Shown here: positions 37,053 to 48,119 of the stretch, in pieces | Numbering within the stretch: position 1 is the stretch's first letter | Layout: each line of letters opens with the position of its first letter | Assembly (NCBI GenBank): GCA_018650165.1 | Contig: JABIGM010000018.1 | Location: 2,552 to 66,551 of the forward strand | DNA length: 64,000 nt | Direction of reading: 5' to 3' | From: Methanobacteriota archaeon | GTDB lineage: Archaea > Thermoplasmatota > Poseidoniia > Poseidoniales > Poseidoniaceae | Translations under genes and position numbers: made by a program | Notes under the pieces: generated by a model | What the model saw: only the letters and a program-made list of their open reading frames with translations | Told to the model about the DNA's origin: nothing | The model's database searches: none

Positions 37053-39443
37053 TCATGCACCGCAACTTAGACAGTCATCAGGTGTGTCTAGAGAACATGC
37101 AATTGCTTCGAGACTTGTAGCCTCATCGGCTCTAACCGCTAATCCATCAACCGTTTCATCGCCGACCTTTTGCTCAACCGTGAACTGAATCGCATCCGCT
37201 GCAGCCTTTGTACGCAGGTAGTACATTCCAGTCTTGAGTCCTCTTCTCCATCCGTGGAAGTGCATCGAAGTTACCTTAGCCGGATTTGCATCGGTCATGT
37301 GGATGTTCATAGATTGGCTTTGATCGATGTAAGCTCCACGGTCAGCAGCCATGTCGATGACAATACGTTGCTTAATTTCCCAGGTCGTCTTATACAATTC
37401 TTTCAAATCTTCTGGAATACCATCGATTAACTGTACACTTCCTTTGTGACGTAGAATTTCATTCTTCATTTCAAGTGACCAGAGGTTGCGGCTAATTAAA
37501 TCGTTAACAAGATGCTTGTTTAGCACAATGAATTCGCCAGAAAGTGTTCTTCTGACGTATAGGTTAGAAGTGAACGCCTCAAAACATTCGTTGTTTCCAA
37601 GTATCTGACTTGTAGAAGCAGTTGGCATCGGTGCGACCATCAAAGAGTTGCGAAGACCATGCTCGATAATGTCTGCTTTCAGAGTATCCCAATCCCAGCG
37701 ACCAGAGTGTTCAGTGACACCCCAAAGGTCAGGCTGTAGGATTCCTTGGCTGGCAGGAGAACCTTCGAAGGTAGAGTAAGGCCCTTCTTCCTTTGCCGCA
37801 TCCATACTTGCACTGCAAGATGCGAAGTAAATGGTCTCGAAGATTTCACGATTCAATTTGCGTGCCTGTTCGGATTCGAAAGGTAGTTTTAGCATTGCAA
37901 AGGTATCTGCTAATCCCTGCACACCTAGTCCGATTGGTCTGTGGCGCATGTTGGAGTTTCTTGCTTCGGGAACTGGGTAGAAATTGACATCAATAACTCG
38001 GTTCAGATTTCCGGTAGCGTGGTATGTGACATCGAATAATTTCTGATGATCAAAGGAACCTTCCTCCAGGTTTACGTATTTTGGCAGTGCGATTGAAGCC
38101 AGATTACAAACCGCTACCTCATCAGGAGCAGTATACTCCATGATTTCAGTACAAAGGTTTGAAGAACGAATTGTTCCTAGATTCTTCTGGTTTGATTTTT
38201 CATTACATGCATCCTTGTAGAGCATGTAAGGAGTTCCTGTCTCTATTTGCGATTGTGTAATTGCATCCCATAAGTCACGGGCTTTGAGTGTCCTACGAGC
38301 AAGCCCAGAGGATTCGTATTTTGAATATAGAGCACGGAACTCATCACCATATGAGTCATGAAGACCAGGGCATTCGTTGGGGCAGAATAGTGACCATTCA
38401 CCATTTGCTTCTACACGTTCCATGAACAAGTCTGGGGTCCAAAGCGCATAGAATAAATCACGAGCTCTCATCTCTTCTTTCCCATGGTTCTTACGCAAGT
38501 CTAGGAATTCGAAGATGTCAGGGTGCCAAGGCTCTAGGTAAATTGCAATACTTCCTTTACGCTTTCCGCCTCCTTGGTCGACATAGCGTGCTGTGTCGTT
38601 GAACACACGAAGCATTGGCACTAGTCCATTGGAATGGCCATTGGTACCTTTGATGTATGATCCCTTAGAACGAATTTGGTGAATCGATAAACCGATTCCG
38701 CCTGCGGACTTTGAAATTCTAGCGCACTGCTTCAATGTGTCATAGATTCCATCCAACGAATCTTCTTGCATTGTAAGAAGGAAACATGAGGACATCTGGG
38801 GGGTTGGTGTTCCTGAATTGAATAAAGTAGGTGTAGCGTGTGTAAACCACCCTTCGCTCATCAAATCATATGATTCCAATGCTTTTGCGATGTTACCATG
38901 ATGGATGCCCACTGCGACACGCATTAACATATGTTGTGGCCTCTCAACCACCTCGCCATTAAGTCGGAGTAGGTAGGAGCGCTCAAGTGTCTTAAACCCG
39001 AAATAATCGTAATTATGGTCGCGATTGTAATCGATGTGTGAATCTAGAACATCCTTGTTCGCCATAATTATCTCATATACTTCTTCTGAAATAAGAGGTG
39101 CATGCTTTCCCGATTCTGGGTCAATGAAATGCCTCAAGTCTGAAACGACTTCACTGAAGACGCCCTTTGTAGAGCGGTGTAGATTGTCAACACAAATACG
39201 TGCTGCCAATTTTGAATAATCGGGGTGATGTGACGCAAGGGATGCTGCTGTCTCAGCAGCTAATTCATCGAGTTCAGATGTTGTAACACCATCATAAAGA
39301 CCTTCGATGACCAATTTGGTAACCATTCCTGGATCTACCCAAGTCTCATGCAATCCTGCTGAGAGATTTGTTAACTTCTCCTGAATCGCATCGAAACGAA
39401 CATCTTCTTTGTCTCCATTCCTCTTAACCACTTGTAGACCCAT
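37053..39443 (-). CDS. nrdA: Class Ia ribonucleoside-diphosphate reductase alpha subunit with ATP cone
   Basis: VVKRNG ATP cone, [34 protein letters not shown]-terminal CLSC. Confidence 0.96.
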   Translation of the reverse strand: MGLQVVKRNGDKEDVRFDAIQEKLTNLSAGLHETWVDPGMVTKLVIEGLYDGVTTSELDELAAETAASLASHHPDYSKLAARICVDNLHRSTKGVFSEVVSDLRHFIDPESGKHAPLISEEVYEIIMANKDVLDSHIDYNRDHNYDYFGFKTLERSYLLRLNGEVVERPQHMLMRVAVGIHHGNIAKALESYDLMSEGWFTHATPTLFNSGTPTPQMSSCFLLTMQEDSLDGIYDTLKQCARISKSAGGIGLSIHQIRSKGSYIKGTNGHSNGLVPMLRVFNDTARYVDQGGGKRKGSIAIYLEPWHPDIFEFLDLRKNHGKEEMRARDLFYALWTPDLFMERVEANGEWSLFCPNECPGLHDSYGDEFRALYSKYESSGLARRTLKARDLWDAITQSQIETGTPYMLYKDACNEKSNQKNLGTIRSSNLCTEIMEYTAPDEVAVCNLASIALPKYVNLEEGSFDHQKLFDVTYHATGNLNRVIDVNFYPVPEARNSNMRHRPIGLGVQGLADTFAMLKLPFESEQARKLNREIFETIYFASCSASMDAAKEEGPYSTFEGSPASQGILQPDLWGVTEHSGRWDWDTLKADIIEHGLRNSLMVAPMPTASTSQILGNNECFEAFTSNLYVRRTLSGEFIVLNKHLVNDLISRNLWSLEMKNEILRHKGSVQLIDGIPEDLKELYKTTWEIKQRIVIDMAADRGAYIDQSQSMNIHMTDANPAKVTSMHFHGWRRGLKTGMYYLRTKAAADAIQFTVEQKVGDETVDGLAVRADEATSLEAIACSLDTPDDCLSCGA

Positions 39444-39506
39444 ATTCTTTGTCCTCCTGTATCATATCATTTGAGTGTGCAACATCCGTCCTGCTACGCG
39501 GGCGGT

Positions 39507-40541
39507 TTAGAAGTCTTCCTCCATTGAGAAGCGCTGCTGGACCGCTCCTAGGCTTGATGAGCCCATTACGCCAGCCTTCTGGTATTCCCCAACTCTCTTT
39601 TCGAAGAAGTTGGTTTTTCCTTGCATCGAAATCATTTCCATCCAAGGGAAAGGATTCTCTGCATTGTAGAGTTTAGTAGCGCCAAGAGAAATTAGTAGAC
39701 GGTCAGCGACGAAATGGATGTATTGCTGCATCAAGTCCGAATTCATTCCAATCAATGAAACTGGAAGTGCACTAGTTACGAATTCGATTTCGATTTCAAC
39801 AGCCTCCGAAATAATCTGGTGTATCTTCATTTCACCAGCACCACGTACTAGGTTTGAATGTAGGAGGCAAGCAAAGTCACAATGCAATCCTTCATCACGA
39901 CTAATCAATTCATTTGAGAATGTCAAACCAGGCATTAATCCGCGCTTCTTCAGCCAGAAGATTGCACAAAAGGAGCCGGAGAAGAATATTCCTTCAACAG
40001 CGGCAAAGGCTACTAATCTCTCAGCAAATGATGCACGCTTTCTATCTAGCCACCGTAATGCCCAAGTTCCCTTTTTCTCAACAGATGGCACGGTTTCTAG
40101 AGCCTTGAATAAGTGATCTTTCTCATTTGGGTCCTTGATGTATGTATCAATCAGTAACGAATAGGTTTCGGCATGGATATTTTCCATCATAATCTGGAAC
40201 CCGTAGAATGCACGGGCTTCAGCCCACTGTACTTCATTTGCGAAATTGACTACAAGATTTTCATTTACAATTCCATCAGATGCTGCAAAGAATGCCAATA
40301 CATGTTTTAGGAAATGTTGCTCATCCGCAGAGAGAGAAGCCCAATCTTTAGCATCTTCAGCCAAATCTATTTCCTCAGCCGTCCAGAAAGAAGCAGCATG
40401 TTGCTTGTACATGTCCCAAATCTCTGAATGCTCTATAGGAAATAGGACAAAACGGTCTAGAGATTCCTTAAGCATCGGTTCTGAAAATTCAGAAGTTAGA
40501 TCTAAATCAAAGCCGTCTGTATTGTGTGATTGTGGCTCCAT
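39507..40541 (-). CDS. nrdB: Class Ia ribonucleotide reductase beta subunit
   Basis: [51 protein letters not shown]. Confidence 0.96.
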   Translation of the reverse strand: MEPQSHNTDGFDLDLTSEFSEPMLKESLDRFVLFPIEHSEIWDMYKQHAASFWTAEEIDLAEDAKDWASLSADEQHFLKHVLAFFAASDGIVNENLVVNFANEVQWAEARAFYGFQIMMENIHAETYSLLIDTYIKDPNEKDHLFKALETVPSVEKKGTWALRWLDRKRASFAERLVAFAAVEGIFFSGSFCAIFWLKKRGLMPGLTFSNELISRDEGLHCDFACLLHSNLVRGAGEMKIHQIISEAVEIEIEFVTSALPVSLIGMNSDLMQQYIHFVADRLLISLGATKLYNAENPFPWMEMISMQGKTNFFEKRVGEYQKAGVMGSSSLGAVQQRFSMEEDF

Positions 40542-40771
40542 TTTCTCTCCCTCCCATATTTCACTCGCAGTGGATTTTGTATGCCGTATAAACTGGCCTA
40601 TAATGTTGCTTAATCAACCACCCCAGTTGAGGCCGGTTCTTGAGCAAGATTGCAGACTGTCAGGCTCACCTAGATGGGCGTCGGAGGTTTATCATCTCTG
40701 TCATTAAGTCTAAATTGAAGATTTGTAAGTTAGTCAGCCGTTACATGTAGGCCGTGACACAACCAAAGGCC

Positions 40772-40777
40772 TTGAGA
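40772..40777 (+). promoter_or_regulatory. Putative degenerate TATA box TTGAGA, 29 nt before dut ATG
   Basis: Same spacing as the other boxes; no SD between box and ATG. Confidence 0.45.
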
Positions 40778-40800
40778 GCCCCCTACCCTTCGGGTCAAAC

Positions 40801-41253
40801 ATGATGAGGCCGAATGTGGAAGTACTCTTCGCCAAACTAGATTCCGAGGCATCACAGCCAACACAAGGTACCAAATCAGCCGCCGGCTGGGATTTGCGCG
40901 CACTTGAGTCGACTGTTGTTACAAAGGGCAAGTCGACCAAAATTCGAACTGGATTAGCTGTTGCGATTCCCGAGGGATGGGAAGGTCAAATCAGATCACG
41001 TTCATCTTTGGGTGCAAAGGGTATGATTATGCCTAATGGTGTTGGAACCATAGATTCAGATTATCGCGGAGAATTGATGGTCTTAGCAACATGGATTGGA
41101 GAAGGCGATTGTATCGAGTTAGCGAAAGGCGAACGTATTGCTCAAATGCTAATCGCTCCAGTTCCAATAACGACATACAGAGAAGTTAGTTTTGAAGAAT
41201 TATCAACCACTGAAAGAGGCGAAGGCGGATTTGGAAGCAGTGGCCGTTTTTGA
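40801..41253 (+). CDS. dut: dUTP diphosphatase (trimeric)
   Basis: AGWDL, RSRSSL, GTIDSDYRGE, ERIAQ, RGEGGFGSSG. Confidence 0.95.
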   Translation: MMRPNVEVLFAKLDSEASQPTQGTKSAAGWDLRALESTVVTKGKSTKIRTGLAVAIPEGWEGQIRSRSSLGAKGMIMPNGVGTIDSDYRGELMVLATWIGEGDCIELAKGERIAQMLIAPVPITTYREVSFEELSTTERGEGGFGSSGRF

Positions 41254-41262
41254 GGTATTAAT

Positions 41263-41889
41263 ATGCGCCCTTTGCACATCAATAATCTCGGAGTAGTCTC
41301 CCACTCAAGTGCAGATGAGTTGATGCGTGTAATGCAATCTAAGCGAATCGATGATGAAATCGAAGATACGATTCTCGTTTGTCAGCATGAAGAAATTGTC
41401 ACCGTTGGCCCTAGGGCACGTAATGATGGAATTAGCCCCCCAATAGGGTATGATACATCATCTGTTGACAGGGGCGGAGGCTTAACTTGGCATGGCCCAG
41501 GACAATTGGTAGTATACCCAATTATCAAATGGGATAAAGATGGTGAATCTAATGTCAAAGCTGTAATTGCAATTTTAGAAGAGTGGGTGATTTCTGCACT
41601 TGCACAATTAGGAGTAGAGGGCAGAAGAGATACGAGAATGCAGGGCGTGTGGGTTGGAGAGAACAAAATCTGTTCAATCGGACTATCGTTCCTGCGATGG
41701 ACTAGTCGCCATGGACTAACTGTGAATTGTAATACACCCCCCGGTAGAGTCGAGATGGTTAGCGGATGCGGTTTAGGACAGGATACTACAACAAGTTTAG
41801 CTGCGTTAGGCCATAATATAACTACAGAAATGGTTCTCAATGCACTCATTTCCAATGCAAATTGCCTTTCTAGAGAAATAAGCAATTGA
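41263..41889 (+). CDS. lipB: Lipoyl(octanoyl) transferase
   Basis: DRGGGLTWHGPGQLVVYPI, GVWV, KICSIG, HGLTVN, CG. Confidence 0.9.
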   Translation: MRPLHINNLGVVSHSSADELMRVMQSKRIDDEIEDTILVCQHEEIVTVGPRARNDGISPPIGYDTSSVDRGGGLTWHGPGQLVVYPIIKWDKDGESNVKAVIAILEEWVISALAQLGVEGRRDTRMQGVWVGENKICSIGLSFLRWTSRHGLTVNCNTPPGRVEMVSGCGLGQDTTTSLAALGHNITTEMVLNALISNANCLSREISN

Positions 41890-41929
41890 AATGTGAAGTC
41901 TATTAGATGGCTGCTGTACATGTCGCCCT

Positions 41930-43042
41930 ATGGCAGGATACTATCCAGAGGCAGGAGGTCCTGCCCGTGGCTCAATGATTCCGCCTGTTGCTTATCTTAA
42001 GTGGTATATACCTCGATTAAAGGAACAACGACCGCACAATCTTTCTTTTTCCGGCCTACAATTCCCATGGGAACTCGGTCAAGTGCCAGATGTTTGGAGA
42101 GACCACAGGGGCCCGGGTATTGATGAGCGGGATGTAGTCAGCGAAATGTATGCCATCCCAGTGGAGAATATCCACCTCTGCTTAGGAGCGACTCAAGGAA
42201 TAAATCTCGCAATCTCAGCCGCATCACGTGGTGGCAAGGTAGCGGTAGAAATGCCATCTTATGGACCGGTTAGCCAGGCTGCTAGAATTCTCGGACTAGA
42301 AACAATTGCAGTACATAGACTGCCGACTTCGGGTGCTTGGATAATCGATCGTAACGAATGGGAAACCACCCTCTCGAATGTCGATTTATTGATGGTAACC
42401 CCGCAACTGAACCCAGTCGGTTGGTCATTTACCGATGATGACAGAAACTGGTTAGTCGAAAAGTGCAAAGAGATGGATGTTCGGATAATTAGTGATGAAG
42501 TCTATGCAGCAGCTGATAGAGGATGGAAACCAATGTTTACTGAAGGGGAGCACTGTATCTCATTATCCTCGTTGACAAAAATCCATGGACTTGGTGTCCT
42601 TCGATATGGGTGGATTATTGCAAGTGAAGAAATAATTTCGAATGTGGCAAATGCATTTCATAATATGGAGGGGATGATGTCTTCACCAACGATTCGTATT
42701 GTTGACCATATTCGTAACAGGCTGGATGAGCCAGTTCAATTGATTGAGAAATATCGGGAACAAAATATTCCAGTACTAAAAAAGGCACTGGAACGACTGG
42801 AAATTGAATGGACACCACCGCCCTCGGGAGTGTTTGGAGCATTCAGGGTTCCCGGAGTGAACACTCTCGAAATGATAGATACTATCGGAAAAGAGCATGG
42901 ACTACTTGCAGTGCCCGGATGTATGTTTGGACAGGGGATGGACGAATGGCTTAGAGTCGGCTGGTCTATAGACCCTACTTCCTTCACTAAAGCAGTAGAT
43001 GTATTGGAAACGGTACTTCGCACAGCCATGGACATACCTTGA
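41930..43042 (+). CDS. PLP-dependent aminotransferase class I/II
   Basis: PSY, NPVG, SDEVY, SSLTKIHGLGVLRYGW, VPGCMF. Confidence 0.88.
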   Translation: MAGYYPEAGGPARGSMIPPVAYLKWYIPRLKEQRPHNLSFSGLQFPWELGQVPDVWRDHRGPGIDERDVVSEMYAIPVENIHLCLGATQGINLAISAASRGGKVAVEMPSYGPVSQAARILGLETIAVHRLPTSGAWIIDRNEWETTLSNVDLLMVTPQLNPVGWSFTDDDRNWLVEKCKEMDVRIISDEVYAAADRGWKPMFTEGEHCISLSSLTKIHGLGVLRYGWIIASEEIISNVANAFHNMEGMMSSPTIRIVDHIRNRLDEPVQLIEKYREQNIPVLKKALERLEIEWTPPPSGVFGAFRVPGVNTLEMIDTIGKEHGLLAVPGCMFGQGMDEWLRVGWSIDPTSFTKAVDVLETVLRTAMDIP

Positions 43043-43045
43043 TAC

Positions 43046-43636
43046 ATGATTCCATACGAGAATTGTTTGATGGGCGAGATTGTGTTGGTAATTTCTGGCG
43101 CTTCTGGCGCAGCATATGGCGTGCGTCTTGCTGAAATCCTTGGAAGTACTGCCCGGCTGGTTGTAACAGACTCCGGTCGCCTTACAATGTCTCATGAATG
43201 TGAGGGGCTAACACCTGAAGTTTTAGCGAAAAGAACTGGCGCTATTCTAGAAAGTAATGATGACATTGCGGCCAAGTCAGCATCTGGTTCTGCAGAAATA
43301 GATGCGGTAGTGATATGCCCATGCAGTGGTTCGACACTTGGAAAACTCGCAGCCGGCATTGGCGATAACCTTGCAACTAGATCTGCAATTGTTGCTCTAA
43401 AGGAAAGAAGAAAACTGATAATTGTACCACGAGAAGCACCATATGCGACTATTCATTTAGAAAACATGGCAAAAATATCTAGTTGGGGAGTAATCGTAAT
43501 GCCAGCATCGCCTGGATTCTACAATCTACCAAAGACAATGGAGGATTTGGTTGATTTCATAGTTTCACGCATTCTTGACCACCTGGGAAAGGATAACAAA
43601 TTGACTAAACGTTGGACTGGAGAGGAATTGCAATGA
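43046..43636 (+). CDS. ubiX: Flavin prenyltransferase UbiX
   Basis: SGASGAAYG, ASGS, PCS..TL, LKERRKL..PRE.P, PASPGFY; start may be ATG 43070. Confidence 0.92.
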   Translation: MIPYENCLMGEIVLVISGASGAAYGVRLAEILGSTARLVVTDSGRLTMSHECEGLTPEVLAKRTGAILESNDDIAAKSASGSAEIDAVVICPCSGSTLGKLAAGIGDNLATRSAIVALKERRKLIIVPREAPYATIHLENMAKISSWGVIVMPASPGFYNLPKTMEDLVDFIVSRILDHLGKDNKLTKRWTGEELQ

Positions 43637-45249
43637 GTGCTAGCGATGACATCATTTCTGCTGAAGTTGTAGAGGATTGGGCAGAGGCAAAAAACCGACG
43701 ATCGGCACTTGAATTCTTCCAAAGCACAACTGCAATGGCAATCGTACTAGTTGTGCTATTCATTTCATCATCACTTCTTTACTTCATGCTCGATGATGAT
43801 CCTGTAGACTATGGGGCGTCTATGGTGTTTGAACAAGACCGTGCAAGAGGCTATGCTGAGGATTTAGTGAATCTTGGGCACCCAGACTGGAAAGGACGGA
43901 TGAGTGGTTCTGCAGAAGAACAGGCTGCTGCAGAATACATTGCAAATACATTCGAAGAATTGGGCTATCAATCGACTCTTCATACCTATGAAGTTCCGAT
44001 GCACAGCATAAACAGCGAACCAAGTTTGAGAGTATGTGTACCAGGAGCTGTTGGTGGCATCGGAGTCGTACCTTGTTCCACCGCGGATGTAGGTCAGCAG
44101 ATTACCTCATTTAACCACAGAATCGATTACGTAATCCAAGGGTTTTCAGGTGAGTCGTCTATTATGTTTGGACAGGACATGGAAGTTGTTCACTTAGGAA
44201 ACGGGTCTGATGATGCACTTTGGTCATCGGCTGCTGGCAAGGTTGGTTATATCGAAGGCGGCGGTACTAAAACCGGTAATACATTCATCATGACTAGCGC
44301 TATAGAATATGGCCTTGATGCGATTATTCGCGTTAACAAGGACTACAATTGTGGCAAAATCGAGGGCAATGATTGCGTACCAATATTCAAAGGAACAGGT
44401 TATGATGCCATTGTGGAAGCAAATGGTGGCTCTGCACCATCACAATTGGCATTCATCGCTATGAGTAAAGATGCTGGAGAGATTTTAGAATCTGTTGTCA
44501 TTAATGGCAGTGGCAGACTCGAGATGATAATCGATGTCACCAATAATCAAGAATTGACTATCAGAGTTCCATGTGGAACATATTACGGGACTAGTGACGA
44601 ATTACTGATTGTCGGTGGCCACCATGATACTGTATATCACGGACCTGGAGCAATCGACGACACATCTGGAACTGCATCTGTTTTGGAAATGGCTACAATG
44701 TTTTCCGAGTATATCATTGAAAACGGTGAGCCAGAGCGAACATTACGCTTTTGCACATGGGGTGGAGAAGAAGAGGGATTGTGGGGTTCAACTGCATATG
44801 TTGACGAAATGAATCAAGATTTAGCAATGAACCTGAGACTCTATGTTAATCTAGACATGAATCATGTCGACATCGACCAAAGTCGATCCGACTCAGTAAC
44901 CCTCTTTGCAAACCATCCCGAAGATTATGGCCACATTGAAAGATTGGCTGAGGAATACAAAGTTGCTAATCCACAAATGGCTTCTAAGTACACCATCAAT
45001 TTAGGATTGTATGATGGCGCCAAGGGTGATTCTGATGGAATGCCGTGTAATTCCGACCACTGCCCGTTCGTGTACGACCTTGATGGTGGTGACACTGTAG
45101 GAAGGGCCGCTGTGTGCTACGGGAGTGGCTCATGGGAATACCATACCTACCTTGATGACCTTACTCGGTTTAACGAGGAGAGTCTTGGAATCTCTGTGAC
45201 GATTTATGGAAACTATGTCAAGTACCTCGCATGGAATCTTGACGCCTGA
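43633..45249 (+). CDS. Membrane-anchored M28 family zinc aminopeptidase with PA domain
   Basis: N-terminal TM; GGHHDT, GAIDDTSG, GGEEEGLWGS, NLDM, SDH, YHT; ATGA overlap with ubiX. Confidence 0.9.
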   Translation: MSASDDIISAEVVEDWAEAKNRRSALEFFQSTTAMAIVLVVLFISSSLLYFMLDDDPVDYGASMVFEQDRARGYAEDLVNLGHPDWKGRMSGSAEEQAAAEYIANTFEELGYQSTLHTYEVPMHSINSEPSLRVCVPGAVGGIGVVPCSTADVGQQITSFNHRIDYVIQGFSGESSIMFGQDMEVVHLGNGSDDALWSSAAGKVGYIEGGGTKTGNTFIMTSAIEYGLDAIIRVNKDYNCGKIEGNDCVPIFKGTGYDAIVEANGGSAPSQLAFIAMSKDAGEILESVVINGSGRLEMIIDVTNNQELTIRVPCGTYYGTSDELLIVGGHHDTVYHGPGAIDDTSGTASVLEMATMFSEYIIENGEPERTLRFCTWGGEEEGLWGSTAYVDEMNQDLAMNLRLYVNLDMNHVDIDQSRSDSVTLFANHPEDYGHIERLAEEYKVANPQMASKYTINLGLYDGAKGDSDGMPCNSDHCPFVYDLDGGDTVGRAAVCYGSGSWEYHTYLDDLTRFNEESLGISVTIYGNYVKYLAWNLDA

Positions 45250-45258
45250 GGTGAAAAT

Positions 45259-45546
45259 ATGGTTAATCCGAGTGCACATGCAAGCCACATCCTTGTGAAG
45301 AGTAAGGGAGAAGCAACTCAATTAGCTGCTAATATCAAGAAATTCAAAGACTTTCAAAAGACTGCAAGGAAGAAGTCGGATTGCCCTTCGGGTCAAAAAG
45401 GCGGCGACCTTGGTTGGTTTCGTAAAGGACAAATGGTCAATGAATTCGAAGAAGCGGTTTGGTCTACTCCTCTAAAGACAGTCTCAAGCCCTATCAAAAC
45501 TAAATTTGGCTATCATCTGATTTGGGTCCATGAAAGAGGAGAGTGA
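45259..45546 (+). CDS. ppiC: Parvulin-type peptidyl-prolyl isomerase
   Basis: ASHILVK, SDCPSGQKGGDLGWF..GQMV, TKFGYHLI. Confidence 0.92.
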   Translation: MVNPSAHASHILVKSKGEATQLAANIKKFKDFQKTARKKSDCPSGQKGGDLGWFRKGQMVNEFEEAVWSTPLKTVSSPIKTKFGYHLIWVHERGE

Positions 45547-45911
45547 TTTCTTTGGTCACCCGTGTTGGTCTCGAATCATATGAAGTGATGGCGTCACATG
45601 GAGCCTATGATTTTGAACGAGAACAAGTTCAGCCTTTTATTATCTCAATTTGGGCAACCTTGGCAAATGATGTACAGGAAGATGACCTAGACTTGACACT
45701 GAATTATGCAGATTTACAATCTGCTGTAGATGCGGAAGTCGTCAACTCAGAGCCGGTTAAACTAATGGAAACACTATGTGATATGCTAGCAAAAAACATT
45801 AGTAAAAATGCAATTGTCCAGTCCATATCAATACGTATGGAAAAGCCCGATGCACCATTCCCTCACCCTGGCGGATTAGCAGTAGTAGAGTATGAGTGGA
45901 CGAGGGGTTGA
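45543..45911 (+). CDS. folB: Dihydroneopterin aldolase
   Basis: HG...FE...Q.F, DDL..TLNY, LMETL, KP motif. Confidence 0.8.
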   Translation: MISLVTRVGLESYEVMASHGAYDFEREQVQPFIISIWATLANDVQEDDLDLTLNYADLQSAVDAEVVNSEPVKLMETLCDMLAKNISKNAIVQSISIRMEKPDAPFPHPGGLAVVEYEWTRG

Positions 45912-45937
45912 AGGGCTACCACTTGACAGCACACTCC

Positions 45938-46423
45938 ATGACAGCCCCCTCGCGTGTCTTCGTGCCCTCGGTTACCGAAGAGGACGGAGGAGCGATTGGC
46001 TTAGGGGTTTTTTCGAGTGAGGAGACTGCTTGGAAGGTACTTCGTCGCTTCTTACGAAAGTCGCATTTGATGTCACTGAAGCGTTCTGACCTCGTGATTT
46101 GGGAAGTCGATCAGGTTGGCGAAGACGGTATGACAGTCCTCACAAGTATGCATTGTAGAGATTGCCCAGTTTGTAAAAGACGTACTTTTTGGGTTGACCT
46201 CGATACCTTTTCTGCAATGTGTACTGGACACTCCTGTGAGGCTTGGATAGAGGAATCTACAATTGAACCCGGTATTATTGACCTAGGTTGGCCACCGACA
46301 AGATTCCTAAAACAGGCAGAGAACCTTGAAGATGCCATTTCAGAACTGAATAAAATCGGTGCGCAACTCGAGGCCGCCGGGAGAACACCAGATACTGTAT
46401 TCACATCGACTCTAGAGGAATGA
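45938..46423 (+). CDS. Hypothetical protein with zinc ribbon
   Basis: CPVC...C....C; ATG 45938 has TTGAAG 30 nt upstream. Confidence 0.65.
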   Translation: MTAPSRVFVPSVTEEDGGAIGLGVFSSEETAWKVLRRFLRKSHLMSLKRSDLVIWEVDQVGEDGMTVLTSMHCRDCPVCKRRTFWVDLDTFSAMCTGHSCEAWIEESTIEPGIIDLGWPPTRFLKQAENLEDAISELNKIGAQLEAAGRTPDTVFTSTLEE

Positions 46424-48119
46424 TCCCAACACCAATCATTCCAGAGCAAAGCATCTCTCTTGCTTTTTCGCTAACTGCGAAATTGAATTCATCAACGACT
46501 CCGTCTTTAACAACATGGCAGTCACGATAGAATGAATTGTAGGATGTAGCAAGTTCAAGCAAATACAGTGCAAAAGTATGCGGCTTATTCTCCTTGACAG
46601 AATGACTCAACTTATCCACAAAACAAGCCATTGTTCGTAATAAATCATGCATAGCAGGAGGGATTTCTCCTTTACTATCGGCGATTGGACCTCTCCCTAC
46701 TCGTTTAGCAATTGAGCATGCACGTGTGTGTGAATACATGATGAATGGTGCACTTTCTCCTTCAAATGAAAGTGCTTCTTCCCAACGGAATGTGAAGCCT
46801 TTGTCGGGGCTAACTTTTGTAATATTATATCGAACTGCAGAAACACCAACCGCCTCTGCGATTTTGGTTACCTCATCCATCCCGAGTTCAGGTCGTAGTT
46901 CCTTTACAACAGACGCTGCTTGGGCTTGTGCTTCCTCGAGAAGGTCGTCCATGAATACAACGTTACCGCGTCTTGTACTCATCTTGCCTTCAGGTAATTT
47001 GATGAATGCATAGAACATCACTTCTGGCACTTTCTCTCCCAATTCTTGTAGCGTCATGCTAACCTGTTTAGCTTGTAATTTATGATCTTCACCAAGAACA
47101 TTGATTAATTCATCACATTGCTGCCATTTCCACATGTGATAAGCGATATCTCTAGTAGCATATAGTGAAGACCCATCTCCTCTTCTATAGAAGAATTCGG
47201 TTTTGCCTTTTAGCCCTCTTTGGCCCAAATCCAAAAAGTGTGCGCCGTTATCTGCCATGCCATGAATTTCTAGACCAGCAAGTCTTTCCATTAGTTTGGA
47301 AACCGTACCTTCAACAACAAATTTGGATTCTTTTGTGAAGGTATCAAAATCAATACCTAGGCGAGAAAGTGTCTCAAGCATACCGTCCAGAACAGGTTGG
47401 TATGCATCTTCAAACTGCTTTAGAACAGAATCATCGCCATGCTCAGATGCATGAACTAATTTACCAATCGCCTCTTCAATAACAGGATCTTTATCTTCAC
47501 GCATAAGTTGTGCTGCTTGGTACCAACGAACCATTTCATGGTCTGGTTTTCCATTCCAACGGGGATTTACACCATCTTTCCCTTCAAGAAGTGAATCTAC
47601 TTGGTCCTTTGACAGATTAGCAATCGCCCATGCTAGAACACCTACTTGTTTTCCCATATCATCAACATAGTATTCAGCACGAACCTCGTTACCATACATG
47701 CGGTTCAACCGAACCAGTGTGTCGCCTAAGATGGCATTCCTTGCTCGGCCTACGTGGAATGGCCCGTTTGGATTAGCACTTGTGTGTTCGATTAGGACGT
47801 TCTTTGTACCTGGCATTTCAGAAGCTGGCATTACTTTGGAACAAAGCCAATCCGGCTTTGCACTAAAATTCAGGTAACCACCTGCAGTTGAAATATCGTA
47901 ATCCCCTGATAGAAGAGTGGATAATTCGGTTGCAATATCGGCCGGATTACGCCCCAGTTGCTTTGCAAATGGGAAACAGGGCAATGACAAGTCACCTTGG
48001 TCACGTTCTCGACTGGGACCCAAGGCTTTCTTCCAAAAATCACCTTTTACTCCAACTTTTTCAAGAGCAGTTTCTAATGAAGGTTCAATGATTGCTCGAA
48101 GAATTTCCATTAATATCAC
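46401..48119 (-). CDS. argS: Arginine--tRNA ligase
   Basis: EHTSANPNGPFHVGRARN, YATRDIAY, KMSTRRG, YSHTRACS. Confidence 0.95.
   Translation of the reverse strand: MILMEILRAIIEPSLETALEKVGVKGDFWKKALGPSRERDQGDLSLPCFPFAKQLGRNPADIATELSTLLSGDYDISTAGGYLNFSAKPDWLCSKVMPASEMPGTKNVLIEHTSANPNGPFHVGRARNAILGDTLVRLNRMYGNEVRAEYYVDDMGKQVGVLAWAIANLSKDQVDSLLEGKDGVNPRWNGKPDHEMVRWYQAAQLMREDKDPVIEEAIGKLVHASEHGDDSVLKQFEDAYQPVLDGMLETLSRLGIDFDTFTKESKFVVEGTVSKLMERLAGLEIHGMADNGAHFLDLGQRGLKGKTEFFYRRGDGSSLYATRDIAYHMWKWQQCDELINVLGEDHKLQAKQVSMTLQELGEKVPEVMFYAFIKLPEGKMSTRRGNVVFMDDLLEEAQAQAASVVKELRPELGMDEVTKIAEAVGVSAVRYNITKVSPDKGFTFRWEEALSFEGESAPFIMYSHTRACSIAKRVGRGPIADSKGEIPPAMHDLLRTMACFVDKLSHSVKENKPHTFALYLLELATSYNSFYRDCHVVKDGVVDEFNFAVSEKAREMLCSGMIGVGIIPLESM

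Noticed and set aside
40542-40800. Riboswitch or NrdR boxes upstream of nrdB
   Set aside because: No recognisable cobalamin-riboswitch core or NrdR palindrome by eye
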